A stretch of DNA of 26,441 bases from a virus (lineage: Duplodnaviria; Caudoviricetes): positions 1-26,441 of IMG/VR virus record IMGVR_UViG_3300044267_003210. One strand, 5' to 3'. Each line of letters opens with the position of its first letter. The stretch's first letter is position 1. Made by a program: the position numbers and the translations under genes. This document shows, piece by piece, positions 16,901-26,341 of the stretch. The notes under the pieces are model-generated. The model searched no databases and was not told the DNA's origin. It saw only the letters and a program-made list of their open reading frames with translations.

Positions 16901-17224
16901 CGAAGCTATATTGGTATCTTGAGAGAAAGGTACTAAATCAGCTTCACTACTATTAGCACTATAATATCGAGATACAAATCCATTAGAATTAACTGTTTGT
17001 ATAACAGGATAAAAAGTACCTGTAGCATTATAAGTGTGTGTAAGTGTGGTGCCTGTGATATTTTCTGTACTTGTAAACCATTGATAATTTGCTTCTGTTT
17101 TTTTATTAGATTCACCATCGTCCCAATCCACATACATAGCACGCACATTATTATCTTTAAATGTAAAGGTTCCCGTAACCTCGGTATTAACTGTTCCAGT
17201 TGTAGTATTCCACGTTAAACTCAT
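13889..17224 (-). CDS. Large virion/tail protein with N-terminal PKD-like domain and possible C-terminal Dit-like domain
   Basis: YVDWDDG...THTYNATGTFYP (PKD). S/T/G/N-rich. C-terminal RLFGVVQNINET...VNYTFTL pattern, directly upstream of the hub gene. Confidence 0.65.
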   Translation of the reverse strand: MSLTWNTTTGTVNTEVTGTFTFKDNNVRAMYVDWDDGESNKKTEANYQWFTSTENITGTTLTHTYNATGTFYPVIQTVNSNGFVSRYYSANSSEADLVPFSQDTNIASLPMVDSAVTGVTRVNNTDAKAGIDNSVFEDSGPGKLYICIMPTLTDTELAYFSPIEVDITCVLALPIIDGTGTMTNTSWSAPSGGEEHVVQTLSCILSGTGLTGNTGLKDVLKSGSATNGPLISGASVARVLEVIYKNPKYMGASGKTSFTENAALNKLKIGLFTASSRYGNGNITGRGLPVCYVTAGDPIKRANDADRLITADFSQSRPAASNASISSYFYDTGKMWFSPVNGWATSGASSTLSAGVNATATEIPVTDATGFPASGMASIAAEASNSGEMIYYDGVSSTALLNVTRGFINASGSHNSGAVIKSGGYTFHGTDTHVHNYWQFTYPETTTSTKSLAYTYMLNPYGLTYNKGSTYNPWYYTSAAWSSNDATTYVQDQFPLDDFGRFMDQYYLVRSQGKAGANSYKNPLHMPNVFRITPVRSWNKNPGSTTDASASDARGNPTKILDDGATNADSNSKDYTNQNLQNSSSGQISLSGTNDHTWRDMENNDRTTPLQEYLIVLLDSKTDKLFFNMSNYAPYLQSSISTAPPWGIDSVSLLKVENSGNRLMNAYWEPVEFTDGTASSKEYRDTTNDKYSEVSCSLSKSGIISYDMIDNWNSVTLEDLAGGKIGHVTSSNDYDFGIMSGSVSGSVQTGTEFGDYFVITGTSSGDISSQFKTYTTALNAVDIGSFKYIAQITSPAGYDKNAFWLTKDGDDGWDGDDTVYFHIGDSSASLRDSCQSLSGDIEFVVRRINMYNAFTGFSKVYLPSGGTAHKLLGVDSEYPSDGFPNQYTLYPDDSRGDRIGESIEASWRNQQKYAVKIGLSGTMKLGSDYIHPELWNIFDANQSSSAVVRVIDDSAYNLNSLAITSSINVGRAGTYYKAVTHKGKVIITKTGVQLQEVGFTSVALGDESVATSQAFDNQGPSTLYGHLHTLRKIQAQDCRVYWDEPQKDGTFLRLFGVVQNINETAGVGGPRRIVNYTFTLGVDGIALLDTSGKLMTDIFPLGGIADEQTYT

Positions 17225-17418
17225 TCATCCTCCTCTACAAACCATGTATATTTTCCTTCTTCGTCAGTGGGTACAACATGAGCACAATAACCCCTTGTTT
17301 TTGTATGATGAGAGTTTAAACATGTCTGTTCTTTTATTTCTTTACCTTCTTCATCTACTCCTGTTACACGCAAAGTAGGGCAAACATTCGATTCAATAAT
17401 CTGGGTTGGCTGGCTCAT
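17221..17418 (-). CDS. Small hypothetical protein with Cys/His residues
   Basis: ATGA overlaps at both ends if the start is 17418 (MSQPTQ...). GGAGG RBS. Confidence 0.65.
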   Translation of the reverse strand: MSQPTQIIESNVCPTLRVTGVDEEGKEIKEQTCLNSHHTKTRGYCAHVVPTDEEGKYTWFVEEDE

Positions 17419-20400
17419 ATTGTAGCCCTCCATGAAGCTTCATTAGTAGAAGCTTGTGTTTTAGTTGATTTACCTCTAATATTATGATAATCACATACAA
17501 ACACCTTAGCATTATGACTAATCAACTTAGTTCCAGATAAATCTAATTCGTTAGCAGTATTATGTATATATTCTTGGCTGTTTGGGACTCCTATTATTTC
17601 ATGATTATAAAATACCAACTCTTCTATGTGGCCATTGAAAGTTTGTCCTTGGAATGGCATACCTATAGCCTTTACAGTTAGCACAACAGAAGCACCTCCA
17701 CCACCACCCATCTTAGCATCAGCAAAGGTTAATGTATCATCCACAGCATATCCAGAAGCTCCCGATAATATAGTAAATGTGGGCGTACCATCACTTGCTA
17801 CTACTATTTTAAACTTAGTATCGGCAATTACCCCTGAACCATCCGTCGATGTAGGCGTTACTCCACTACCTCCTCCATCATAGGTATCAGGTGTTCTACT
17901 TCCATCAGCAGCACCATTAGAGGTATAAGACCAAATAGCACTACTAGCTTGGTTTCTTGCAGTGCCTATAAATAAATCAGTATCGGTAGTAGGTAAAGCT
18001 GGCATTGTATCTGCATAAGCTTCTAATACCCCGTCAACATATAATTTAGCATCAGGTCCTGTGGCGCTTCCACTATTATAAGTATAAATAATATTAACCG
18101 CACTACCATCATTTGGTATAGGTGTAGAAGATGTTAAGAAAGTTCCTGCATGACATACCTGCACATAAGGCGTACTACTTCCACTAATTTGCATAGATAA
18201 ACCAGTTCGCACTGGAGAACCATTATTAGCATCAACTCCTTTAGAAAATATAAATTGCCATTGTTGGCTTGTACCGCTTACTGGAGTACAGTGCGCCATA
18301 ACGCTGAATTTTTGAGTTTCCGCAGCAGAACCAAACGGAAATGAAAAATTACCTCCACTAAGTAAAGTGGCATATTGTCCTACAGTATCCGGACTAAAGG
18401 TAGGTGCCCATCCTGAAATACCTGTTAAATCACAAGTTAAAGCACTTTCATAACCATTAGCTGCTACAATACCCAAAGGTTGATTTTCTATCCCAGCAGC
18501 ATTAGCTAAAGTGGTGCTAGTTCCACTTACTACATCATAAACATAATGAGAAGTTACAAAACTTTTCATATTCTGGTTAGGAGGTTCTTCATTAAGAGGC
18601 ATCCACAATCTAGCTCCATGGTATTTATTAGCAATACTACCAGTCCCTACTATCATATACCTATACCACACATCCTCTTCTTGTTCATCCCATGTAAATT
18701 TAACAGCATTTAAGTCTTCAGTAGTTAAATCATAAAGATTCACATCTGATTCCAATAAATCAAAAGCAGGTTTTACATCTAAATTTCCTATTACTGGAGG
18801 TAAATCTATATATTGCCAGTAAAAACGAGGAGTTCTATATATATCGCTTGATACAGGACTATATAAATCTACTCCACTATTGTTCATTTTTCCATCCATT
18901 CTACAAAATAGAAGGAAACTCTGTTCATCAGTAATAGTCTGAGTATCAATAGGACCACTTAAATCAAAATCAACATAATTACCCGAAAGAACTCCTTTCA
19001 CATCTACCTCTCCACCTGTAGAAGTATCTATGTCATAAGGGCCATATCCCCAATCTTGCCCTAACTCAAACACACTAGCTTCCTCATCAAATTCAAAATC
19101 CCATACATTATGAGACATTGCGGAGCGCCCTACGGTACCTGTAGCAGTAGTATCATAACTGTATATATTTTCATTGAAAGTTGTCCCTGTGTGAGCAGTT
19201 GTTGGAGTAGTATCAACTTTAAAAATACTTGAATAGCTGCGGGAAGCTGGTAATTGATTATTACTTGCACCATATGACGCGTTCGTAGGATAAGTCATAG
19301 TTACCCAGTATTTATAAGGAGAAATATATAATTCGTTCCAAAACTTTCTTTGCATATATGGTTTACCACCAGTAGACGTAGTTACTTTTTTATTAAAGGT
19401 AATGGTATTACCTACTATAGAGCCTGTTTCTGCTAATTTTATTCCTGTTAAACGATGATTATTATTGTCTGAAGCATGAGCTCTATAAATAATATACTCA
19501 TCATCTGAGAATTCATTAAATATAGAAGGGTCAGCTACTTGGATTTGATTGTCTGCCAATCCGTTACCAGCTCTGGGAACCCCTGTAATTTTAACAGACG
19601 CACCTGCGTGCTCACGTTTACCCCAATTACCATAATCTACAGCAGTATCATTCCCCGCACTACCAGATACACTCACATAAGCAAATCCTTTTTGAGTAAA
19701 AGCATCTGTAGACATAAAACTATTAGAGCCTGAAGCAATAGTCATTTTATTACCAGCTACAGTACCCGCATCTGTTATCTCATATGACGCACCAGATAAA
19801 TTATTATAACTACCAACCATCTCACCATACTGTACTTCTACAGCACCACTAATATAATGAGCTCCCATAAATTGGTGACCTAATTTATTAACATCATTAG
19901 TTACAACGTTATCAGCCATACTGATAAAACCTCCATTGCTAAAATTAGTCCAGAAAGGATAATTAAAATAATTTAATCCATTAAAATCAAGAGTAGAAAA
20001 ATCCCCAAAAAACATATAATTCGCATTATTACCACTTTTATCATCCCATCCCATTATTACTTGATTGGATGGATGTAACGTTCGATAACTGGCTGCATTC
20101 GTTCCCCCTGCATTAGTTCCTGAAACTGCGTTAAAAGAAATTAAACGTCGATGATTTTCGTTCCCACTACCAGAACCTGTAATATTGTATAAAGGAGATT
20201 CAACACTAGAAGGGGCAATAGTCCACGGAGAAACTCTTCCATTAGTTGCAGTATGGTTGTTGATTTTAGGGGTAAAATCTTTAATTGTAATGTTATCTAT
20301 ATATAACTCAGTTTCCTGTGTAGAACCATCAGGAGAAACATCTCCATAATAATAATAATCGTCATCTTGACCATTAAGTATTTCTGTTTCACGCCTTGTG

Positions 20401-23027
20401 TTGGCACTACCAACAATATATCTATAATTATTTACCCATATTATCATATGCTTTGGAAATAATTTTGCAGCATCATCTTCATCTAAGGTAGCATTAAGTT
20501 CCCCAGTTTCATTATCCAAAGGACACCAGAATTTTGTTTTTGATACATATTGTGACACTGATTGAGTATCATCTAGTGGATTGCATGGGAAAGGAATATC
20601 TATAAATGGATATTCTTCAGTACTTGATAATTCTGGGTCAGTTCCTCCTCCTTCAACTTCAAACATAGCTCTACAAATAGGACCCTGTGAAGCATATTCA
20701 TTAGTAGGAGAACTAGCATTTAATTTAGAATAAGGGATATTACTAAAAGAAGCATCGGAATTACAAGCTAATACATCCCAAAATAAACGTAATTTAAAGA
20801 AAGAATTAAAAGGTAATTTTTGCCATAAAGGAGGACCTGCCCATAGTTCAGTAGCATCTGTACCTAATTGACTTTGATACGCATCTATCCAACTATCAAC
20901 TCCCAAACGAAGTAAGTAATCATCTCCAGTAACAGCAGCACTTACACCTCCCTTTTCATCAGTGCGGAATGTTAGAGTTTCATTCACTCTCGTAGCTGTG
21001 GCTGGTTGCGTTAATTTAAAAGCCGTACTAGATGTGATTGATGCAATTTTAGTTCCAGAAGGTAAATATGTACTTTCCACTGTTTGTCCTGCTTTTATAC
21101 TTGTATTAGCGGTGTGTGTAACACTAACACTGTCAGTTGTTAAATCACATGAGGCATCTGTAAAAACTCCATCGTCATACTTTCCTGTACAAAGTCGAAT
21201 AAAACCGCCATTTTCAAAAAGTTTACCATCTCCTACACTTTTACCACTTAAATCATTTTTAGGCATTACAGGGAGAGCTTGTGCATAAATGGTATTGGTA
21301 TCCAGAGAAGGATAAGATTGTCCAGTGTTTGCTGCATCGGCTGCACCAGTATCATTATATATACTTCCATATGTCCTAAACATGAGCCCCCCAACTATAC
21401 CATGCTTTGTTTGTTGTTTTATATAGAAATTATTTAAACCATAATTAAGAAATTCGTCAAGAGTAATATTAGCACTCGTACTCACATCTGTTGGTGTATA
21501 ATTAGAAAAAGTAATGACTACACTGCGTAACAGACTTTCACATTTGTCATTAGTATAATCTGTAGGGTCTATTGTAGCTGCTTGTGCACGTGCGTTTACA
21601 GTAGCTCCCGCAGCTAAACCATAAACCATAGCGTCTCCTCCTTCAGTATATTTTGAAGTGTGCGTACTAACACCATATAAAGGAGTAGCTCCTAGTTTAT
21701 CTATACGCATATCCATAGATATCTCAGGGAAATATGTACGCCTATCACTTACAGCGTAGCTATTATCACTATCGTGGCCGCAATCTGTAATTAAAGGTAT
21801 AGGAATATTATAAATAGAAGCTCTAGCGGTTTGACCATTTACGTCAGCACTTCTTCCATATTCTACTTCAATAGCTGTTTTACCACCAGACGCTCCTTGT
21901 GAGCCACTAGCAAAATCCCAGCTATGATAGAAACGAGCAGCGTTACCAAATCCCTGCCCTTCAGTTTTAGATAAATTGAGTAATGAATACACTAACGGAT
22001 TAGTTGCATCTGCGTTCCATGGATTGTGTACTAAACGCGAAGAAAAAATTTCATTAAATATTGTATTGTTGTTAGTCTGACGAGCTTCACTGTCGTCCCC
22101 CTCAGGTAGTGGGTGCATAGACCCGTATTGAATCCAATCTGTAATCTGGTGACGGTCGGTTCTGTTATACTCCCCAGAAAATTGAATATGTTTAGATTGT
22201 TTGATACTACCATCTTCTTTTCTTACTTTAGGGTGCCATGTGATGGTGCGGGCGCTGGAGTCGGTGGACAGCGCGGACGAATATGTTTGTGAGGCTTCTT
22301 TGGTTAAATAAATTCTTGCTATACCTCCACCTCGACGCCCTAAACCTCCCATACTCTTAGAGTAATCAGGGGCGGCTTGTCCTCCACCTATTACATTGTT
22401 ATTGTTATTTAATGTCACAGACGTACTCCCATCTGACATACTTAGATGTTGGTCACGAGGGTCAAATGTTCTGTAAGGTTTAAGGTCCTTTTTAGCTCTA
22501 TTCCTAGTGACAGAAGCTTTTCTCGCATGTATATCTACAGCGTCATCATACCATATAAAAGGGTCACTACCCATATAACCTTGTATGGCGGCAGGACTAT
22601 AATTTAAAGAATCTCCTTCTCCATCAAAATCTTCTATTGAATATGTAATTCCTCCTTCAGGGTAAGTATTACTATAGATAGCACCAACATCAGCAGCACT
22701 GGCTGGGGTAATTCCTCCCTCTTTTATTTCAATATCATCTTTAAAAACATACATCGATAAAGAAGCAGGTTGACCCGCAGTACTCACATCTGCTCCACTA
22801 GCAAACATTCGTAAATATCCCCCTATTAAATCATACCTACCAGCAGTTAGTTCGTTGTTAATATTACCAGAGACCACGTAGCTTTTATTTATATCTCCAG
22901 TTGAAAAATCTAATATTTGTGAAGTTGCAGCTATAGGTAAATCAGGCATTTCTGATATCAAAGGAAGGATAGACCCTGAAGCGGGAGTATTCTTTAAAAA
23001 GAACCTATTAGGTCGAACCTTTATCAT
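17415..23027 (-). CDS. Giant tail/adhesin protein (1870 aa) with C-terminal LamG (ConA-like) domain
   Basis: FSVMAH...IFSKG...YTYNSG...KLYVDGVLE...LFIG...FNGHIEELVFYN. Located directly downstream of the TMP. Confidence 0.75.
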   Translation of the reverse strand: MIKVRPNRFFLKNTPASGSILPLISEMPDLPIAATSQILDFSTGDINKSYVVSGNINNELTAGRYDLIGGYLRMFASGADVSTAGQPASLSMYVFKDDIEIKEGGITPASAADVGAIYSNTYPEGGITYSIEDFDGEGDSLNYSPAAIQGYMGSDPFIWYDDAVDIHARKASVTRNRAKKDLKPYRTFDPRDQHLSMSDGSTSVTLNNNNNVIGGGQAAPDYSKSMGGLGRRGGGIARIYLTKEASQTYSSALSTDSSARTITWHPKVRKEDGSIKQSKHIQFSGEYNRTDRHQITDWIQYGSMHPLPEGDDSEARQTNNNTIFNEIFSSRLVHNPWNADATNPLVYSLLNLSKTEGQGFGNAARFYHSWDFASGSQGASGGKTAIEVEYGRSADVNGQTARASIYNIPIPLITDCGHDSDNSYAVSDRRTYFPEISMDMRIDKLGATPLYGVSTHTSKYTEGGDAMVYGLAAGATVNARAQAATIDPTDYTNDKCESLLRSVVITFSNYTPTDVSTSANITLDEFLNYGLNNFYIKQQTKHGIVGGLMFRTYGSIYNDTGAADAANTGQSYPSLDTNTIYAQALPVMPKNDLSGKSVGDGKLFENGGFIRLCTGKYDDGVFTDASCDLTTDSVSVTHTANTSIKAGQTVESTYLPSGTKIASITSSTAFKLTQPATATRVNETLTFRTDEKGGVSAAVTGDDYLLRLGVDSWIDAYQSQLGTDATELWAGPPLWQKLPFNSFFKLRLFWDVLACNSDASFSNIPYSKLNASSPTNEYASQGPICRAMFEVEGGGTDPELSSTEEYPFIDIPFPCNPLDDTQSVSQYVSKTKFWCPLDNETGELNATLDEDDAAKLFPKHMIIWVNNYRYIVGSANTRRETEILNGQDDDYYYYGDVSPDGSTQETELYIDNITIKDFTPKINNHTATNGRVSPWTIAPSSVESPLYNITGSGSGNENHRRLISFNAVSGTNAGGTNAASYRTLHPSNQVIMGWDDKSGNNANYMFFGDFSTLDFNGLNYFNYPFWTNFSNGGFISMADNVVTNDVNKLGHQFMGAHYISGAVEVQYGEMVGSYNNLSGASYEITDAGTVAGNKMTIASGSNSFMSTDAFTQKGFAYVSVSGSAGNDTAVDYGNWGKREHAGASVKITGVPRAGNGLADNQIQVADPSIFNEFSDDEYIIYRAHASDNNNHRLTGIKLAETGSIVGNTITFNKKVTTSTGGKPYMQRKFWNELYISPYKYWVTMTYPTNASYGASNNQLPASRSYSSIFKVDTTPTTAHTGTTFNENIYSYDTTATGTVGRSAMSHNVWDFEFDEEASVFELGQDWGYGPYDIDTSTGGEVDVKGVLSGNYVDFDLSGPIDTQTITDEQSFLLFCRMDGKMNNSGVDLYSPVSSDIYRTPRFYWQYIDLPPVIGNLDVKPAFDLLESDVNLYDLTTEDLNAVKFTWDEQEEDVWYRYMIVGTGSIANKYHGARLWMPLNEEPPNQNMKSFVTSHYVYDVVSGTSTTLANAAGIENQPLGIVAANGYESALTCDLTGISGWAPTFSPDTVGQYATLLSGGNFSFPFGSAAETQKFSVMAHCTPVSGTSQQWQFIFSKGVDANNGSPVRTGLSMQISGSSTPYVQVCHAGTFLTSSTPIPNDGSAVNIIYTYNSGSATGPDAKLYVDGVLEAYADTMPALPTTDTDLFIGTARNQASSAIWSYTSNGAADGSRTPDTYDGGGSGVTPTSTDGSGVIADTKFKIVVASDGTPTFTILSGASGYAVDDTLTFADAKMGGGGGASVVLTVKAIGMPFQGQTFNGHIEELVFYNHEIIGVPNSQEYIHNTANELDLSGTKLISHNAKVFVCDYHNIRGKSTKTQASTNEASWRATI

Positions 23028-25633
23028 GCAATACCTCCGAAAGAATCAATTCCTATTGACACATCTTTTAACACTACTCTACCACCTAATAAATCTTGGG
23101 TTTGACCAGTATTTAACATTTGCCCTGAATTACCGGGCATAAAGAGTTCTGGTCCTTGTTCTCCAACCAAATAAGGCCGACCTCCTCCCATGCTACCACC
23201 ACCAGCCATAGGTTGGACATACCCACCAGACTGAAGAACTCCTCCCATCTTTAGTAAATCATATCCGAGCCATGCAGCCCCTAGTGCCATTCCAATAGGA
23301 CCCAAAGCAGCCAATCCAGCTCTTGCTCCTATTTTAGGTACAAAAGCTCTCATAGCCTTTTTAGTTCCTACTTTCATCATACCCCCTGAAGGGCCTCTAA
23401 TCATATTTTTACCAACATATTCATATCCTTTCTTTAAAGTGCCGCCTGAGGTTACACCTCGACTAGCTAATAAACCGGTTGCTAATCCAGCACTTGTGGC
23501 ACCACTAGCAACAGCAGCTCCTGCACCAGTGACCATAGTATTAACAGCCCCTATCTTCATTAAGCCCACACCCATAGCACGTAATAATTGAGGGATTCCC
23601 ATAAAAGATAATGCTTTCCAAGTAGCAGCAAAAATAAGTAACCCTTGTACTAATTTACTATCACTATTCAATAATCTATCAATAATCCTCAATGGTACTA
23701 ATATAACTTGCCAAAGACGTTGTACTGTAGGTAATAAATCCTTTATACCCATAATTAAATTCTTTACAATTTCTACAATTTCTATCAAATATTCAGTTGA
23801 CATATCTTGTAATTGTTGACCAAATTCTGTAAGTCTTTGTTCACCATTCTCAGTTACTATAATCATGTCTTTAAACCCTTGAACTGACTCTACAACAGCC
23901 TTATGGAAACCATTAATAAATTCCGTTCCTTCATAAGCTGCATCTCTCAATGCAAAAATAGAGAAAATATTAGTCTTTAATATTTGTAATTGTGCACCCA
24001 ATGATTCGTTCTGAATTCGAACCATTTCATCTAATTGACCACCTGCGTTAGTGGTATCTTCAACAGCCTGAGTAAACTCATCAGAAGCTTGAACTAAGTG
24101 GATAAACGCAGTAGCACCACGCACATTCAAGTCTTGTATCAGAGTAGTTAATAACTCTGTATTTGATGCAGTTTCTGGACCAACTGCGGCTGCAAACTGA
24201 GAAGCTATCTCAGTTAATTGTAACATTTCACCTTCCGCGTTGAGAATTTCTACTCCCATTTTACGGAATCCTACTTCAGCATCCATAGCACTTTCAGCAA
24301 ATTCAGCCAATGCTTGTCTTAAACCCCTACCAGCTATACCAGCCTCTAAAGCTCTATTAGTCAATATCTGTAGAGCCCCTAACAATTGGTCAATAGATTG
24401 CCCTGTAGAGGTAAAGAAAGGTAGAGCAAACTTAACAGCGCTTGATAAATCTTGATATTCAATAAGAGATTTCTGAATAGCATAAGCAAATTTATCTGTT
24501 ATTAGTGCTGCTTGGTCCATTTCCATACCAAATCCAAACAATGTCTGTGCAGTTAATTTAGAGATAGTATTGTGGTCTCCCTGTACCGCCATGGATAATT
24601 TTAAGGTGTGGGGTAGAACTTCTAAAGCTTCATTGGCTTCTAAACCAGCCGATGCTAGTTGGTAAAGACCAGTAGCACCATTTTGAACAGCAATACCAAA
24701 ATTATTACCAAATTCAACAATGCTGTTTCCTACTTCAAAGAGATTATCGTTAGTCAAATTAAAAACAGAATTAGCATTTAAAAGTTCTCGTTCAAATTCA
24801 ACTAAATCTTGGGTGTTTTGATTTAATTTGTAACCGACTGCTGTTAAAATAGCAACACTGGTTCTTAAAGCACTGTTAAATTGACTGCGTACTGCATTAG
24901 TTACGTCAATTACACCTTCTGCCAACTCACTTACATTCTTAGACATAAAATCATATTCCGCAGTAAGTTGTTTAGAAAGTTGAATTCGTTCCTTTATGTC
25001 TCCTAACAGCTCTTTTTGAGTTAAAAGTTGGTCTTCAGCATTTTCAGCTTCTTTTACTGCAAGATTGTATGCATCTTTTTGTGGCTTTGTTTTCCTTTCC
25101 ATCAGTGCAGCTTCTTCATATAAGTTTTGAATTCGCTTATTTTCCTGACCAATATACATTTGTAAATGAGACACAACAGCTTGTCTTTCTGCTTCATTCA
25201 TTTTATGTAAATTACCAGCTAACTGAGTAACATTATGGAAAGATTCCCCTTTCTTCATACCCCGAGTTAATTTATCACCTAAATCTTTACTCAATATTGA
25301 CTGTATTTTAGAATAGTTACTAGATAAAGCAGAAGCAGATTGAGACATACTTCCTTTGGTTTCAGCGTTTATTTTGGACAAAGTGGTCTTCATGCGTGCT
25401 ACAATCTGATTATTCATTTTATCAGTTAAACTAAGTGCTTTTTTGTTAGATTTATCCATTTCCGCGGCATATTTCCCTGAGATATCACCACGTCCTCTGG
25501 CTAATTCTATCCTTTTTTGTATATTTGTGATAGCTCTAGCTAATACTCCACCAGTCTTATTTAAAGCCTGTGGACTAGGAACGGCTAAACCAATCGCGAC
25601 ACGCGCTGCAAAAACTTGTCCTGCAAAACCCAT
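23024..25633 (-). CDS. Tail tape measure protein (TP901/PhageMin_Tail core)
   Basis: GLYQLASAGL...GIAGRGLRQAL...MGVEILNAEGEMLQL core, hydrophobic segments, and C-terminal GRPYLVGEQGPELFMP motif. Confidence 0.93.
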   Translation of the reverse strand: MGFAGQVFAARVAIGLAVPSPQALNKTGGVLARAITNIQKRIELARGRGDISGKYAAEMDKSNKKALSLTDKMNNQIVARMKTTLSKINAETKGSMSQSASALSSNYSKIQSILSKDLGDKLTRGMKKGESFHNVTQLAGNLHKMNEAERQAVVSHLQMYIGQENKRIQNLYEEAALMERKTKPQKDAYNLAVKEAENAEDQLLTQKELLGDIKERIQLSKQLTAEYDFMSKNVSELAEGVIDVTNAVRSQFNSALRTSVAILTAVGYKLNQNTQDLVEFERELLNANSVFNLTNDNLFEVGNSIVEFGNNFGIAVQNGATGLYQLASAGLEANEALEVLPHTLKLSMAVQGDHNTISKLTAQTLFGFGMEMDQAALITDKFAYAIQKSLIEYQDLSSAVKFALPFFTSTGQSIDQLLGALQILTNRALEAGIAGRGLRQALAEFAESAMDAEVGFRKMGVEILNAEGEMLQLTEIASQFAAAVGPETASNTELLTTLIQDLNVRGATAFIHLVQASDEFTQAVEDTTNAGGQLDEMVRIQNESLGAQLQILKTNIFSIFALRDAAYEGTEFINGFHKAVVESVQGFKDMIIVTENGEQRLTEFGQQLQDMSTEYLIEIVEIVKNLIMGIKDLLPTVQRLWQVILVPLRIIDRLLNSDSKLVQGLLIFAATWKALSFMGIPQLLRAMGVGLMKIGAVNTMVTGAGAAVASGATSAGLATGLLASRGVTSGGTLKKGYEYVGKNMIRGPSGGMMKVGTKKAMRAFVPKIGARAGLAALGPIGMALGAAWLGYDLLKMGGVLQSGGYVQPMAGGGSMGGGRPYLVGEQGPELFMPGNSGQMLNTGQTQDLLGGRVVLKDVSIGIDSFGGIA

Positions 25634-25635
25634 TA

Positions 25636-25929
25636 TTAAATATCCTTGAAACTAGGTTTCTTGTGTTCTCTTCCTGTCATTGCTTCGTAACGACGCCGTG
25701 TAACTAGATAATCGTGATATTGTTGTCGTACTTGAGGCTTGTTTTTAGCCATTTCTTGTACATCTTTATCATCATATCCATCCATCGAATGCATACGTCT
25801 ATGCTCATAGGCCGCAGCCAATAGATAGTCTAATTCATAACGGGGCGTATTTTTAATTTCATTCCATGACATCCCTAATTCTTTCATTAAGGGGATGTAA
25901 AGTAAAACCGCATCAGGCGATTCTAGCAT
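25636..25929 (-). CDS. Tail assembly chaperone, gpT-like part
   Basis: LMKELGMSWNEIKNTP..EL pattern. Directly upstream of the TMP. Confidence 0.7.
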   Translation of the reverse strand: MLESPDAVLLYIPLMKELGMSWNEIKNTPRYELDYLLAAAYEHRRMHSMDGYDDKDVQEMAKNKPQVRQQYHDYLVTRRRYEAMTGREHKKPSFKDI

Positions 25930-26291
25930 TATTCCCGAAAACTTTCTCTGATTTCCTCTTCAACACCTAAAATTCTATTAGAAATAGCATATCTTAGAGT
26001 GGTTGGTAAAAGCCCCCATTGTTCCTCTGTAATAACAGGACCTTCAGGGTTCTTTTCGTTAGCCTTTAAAAGCATACTTACTACTCTTTTTGACCCAATT
26101 TCTTGATATAATGCTAATTTTTCTTCTTCTGGTAAATCGTCTCCGACTCCAGTAAATTTAGGCTCTTCTTTTTCAGTTAATTCACAATATTGAAATGGAA
26201 CCATTCCATCTCTATATTCAACTTCGTCTTCTTGCACTTCATCAGTGAGTGCTACTAATTCGTCCATTGACCATATTTTCTTTTCTGTCAT
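25929..26291 (-). CDS. Tail assembly chaperone, gpG-like
   Basis: Acidic 120-aa protein between the probable tail tube gene and the TMP. AGGAG RBS. Confidence 0.7.
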   Translation of the reverse strand: MTEKKIWSMDELVALTDEVQEDEVEYRDGMVPFQYCELTEKEEPKFTGVGDDLPEEEKLALYQEIGSKRVVSMLLKANEKNPEGPVITEEQWGLLPTTLRYAISNRILGVEEEIRESFRE

Positions 26292-26303
26292 TGTTTTCTC
26301 CTA

Positions 26304-26329
26304 AGAGCAGGGGCTCAAGCCCCTACCCT
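26304..26329 (-). promoter_or_regulatory. Intergenic stem-loop between tail tube and chaperone genes
   Basis: Minus-strand RNA AGGGUAGGGGC-UUGA-GCCCCUGCUCU forms 11 bp with two G-U pairs, directly before the AGGAG RBS. Confidence 0.65.
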
Positions 26330-26341
26330 AATAAATATTAT

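Noticed and set aside
17626-25649. Plus-strand ORFs inside tail genes (17626-17883, 19539-19733, 20962-21288, 24240-24455, 25443-25649)
   Set aside because: They are antisense to long structural genes, a codon-bias artefact.
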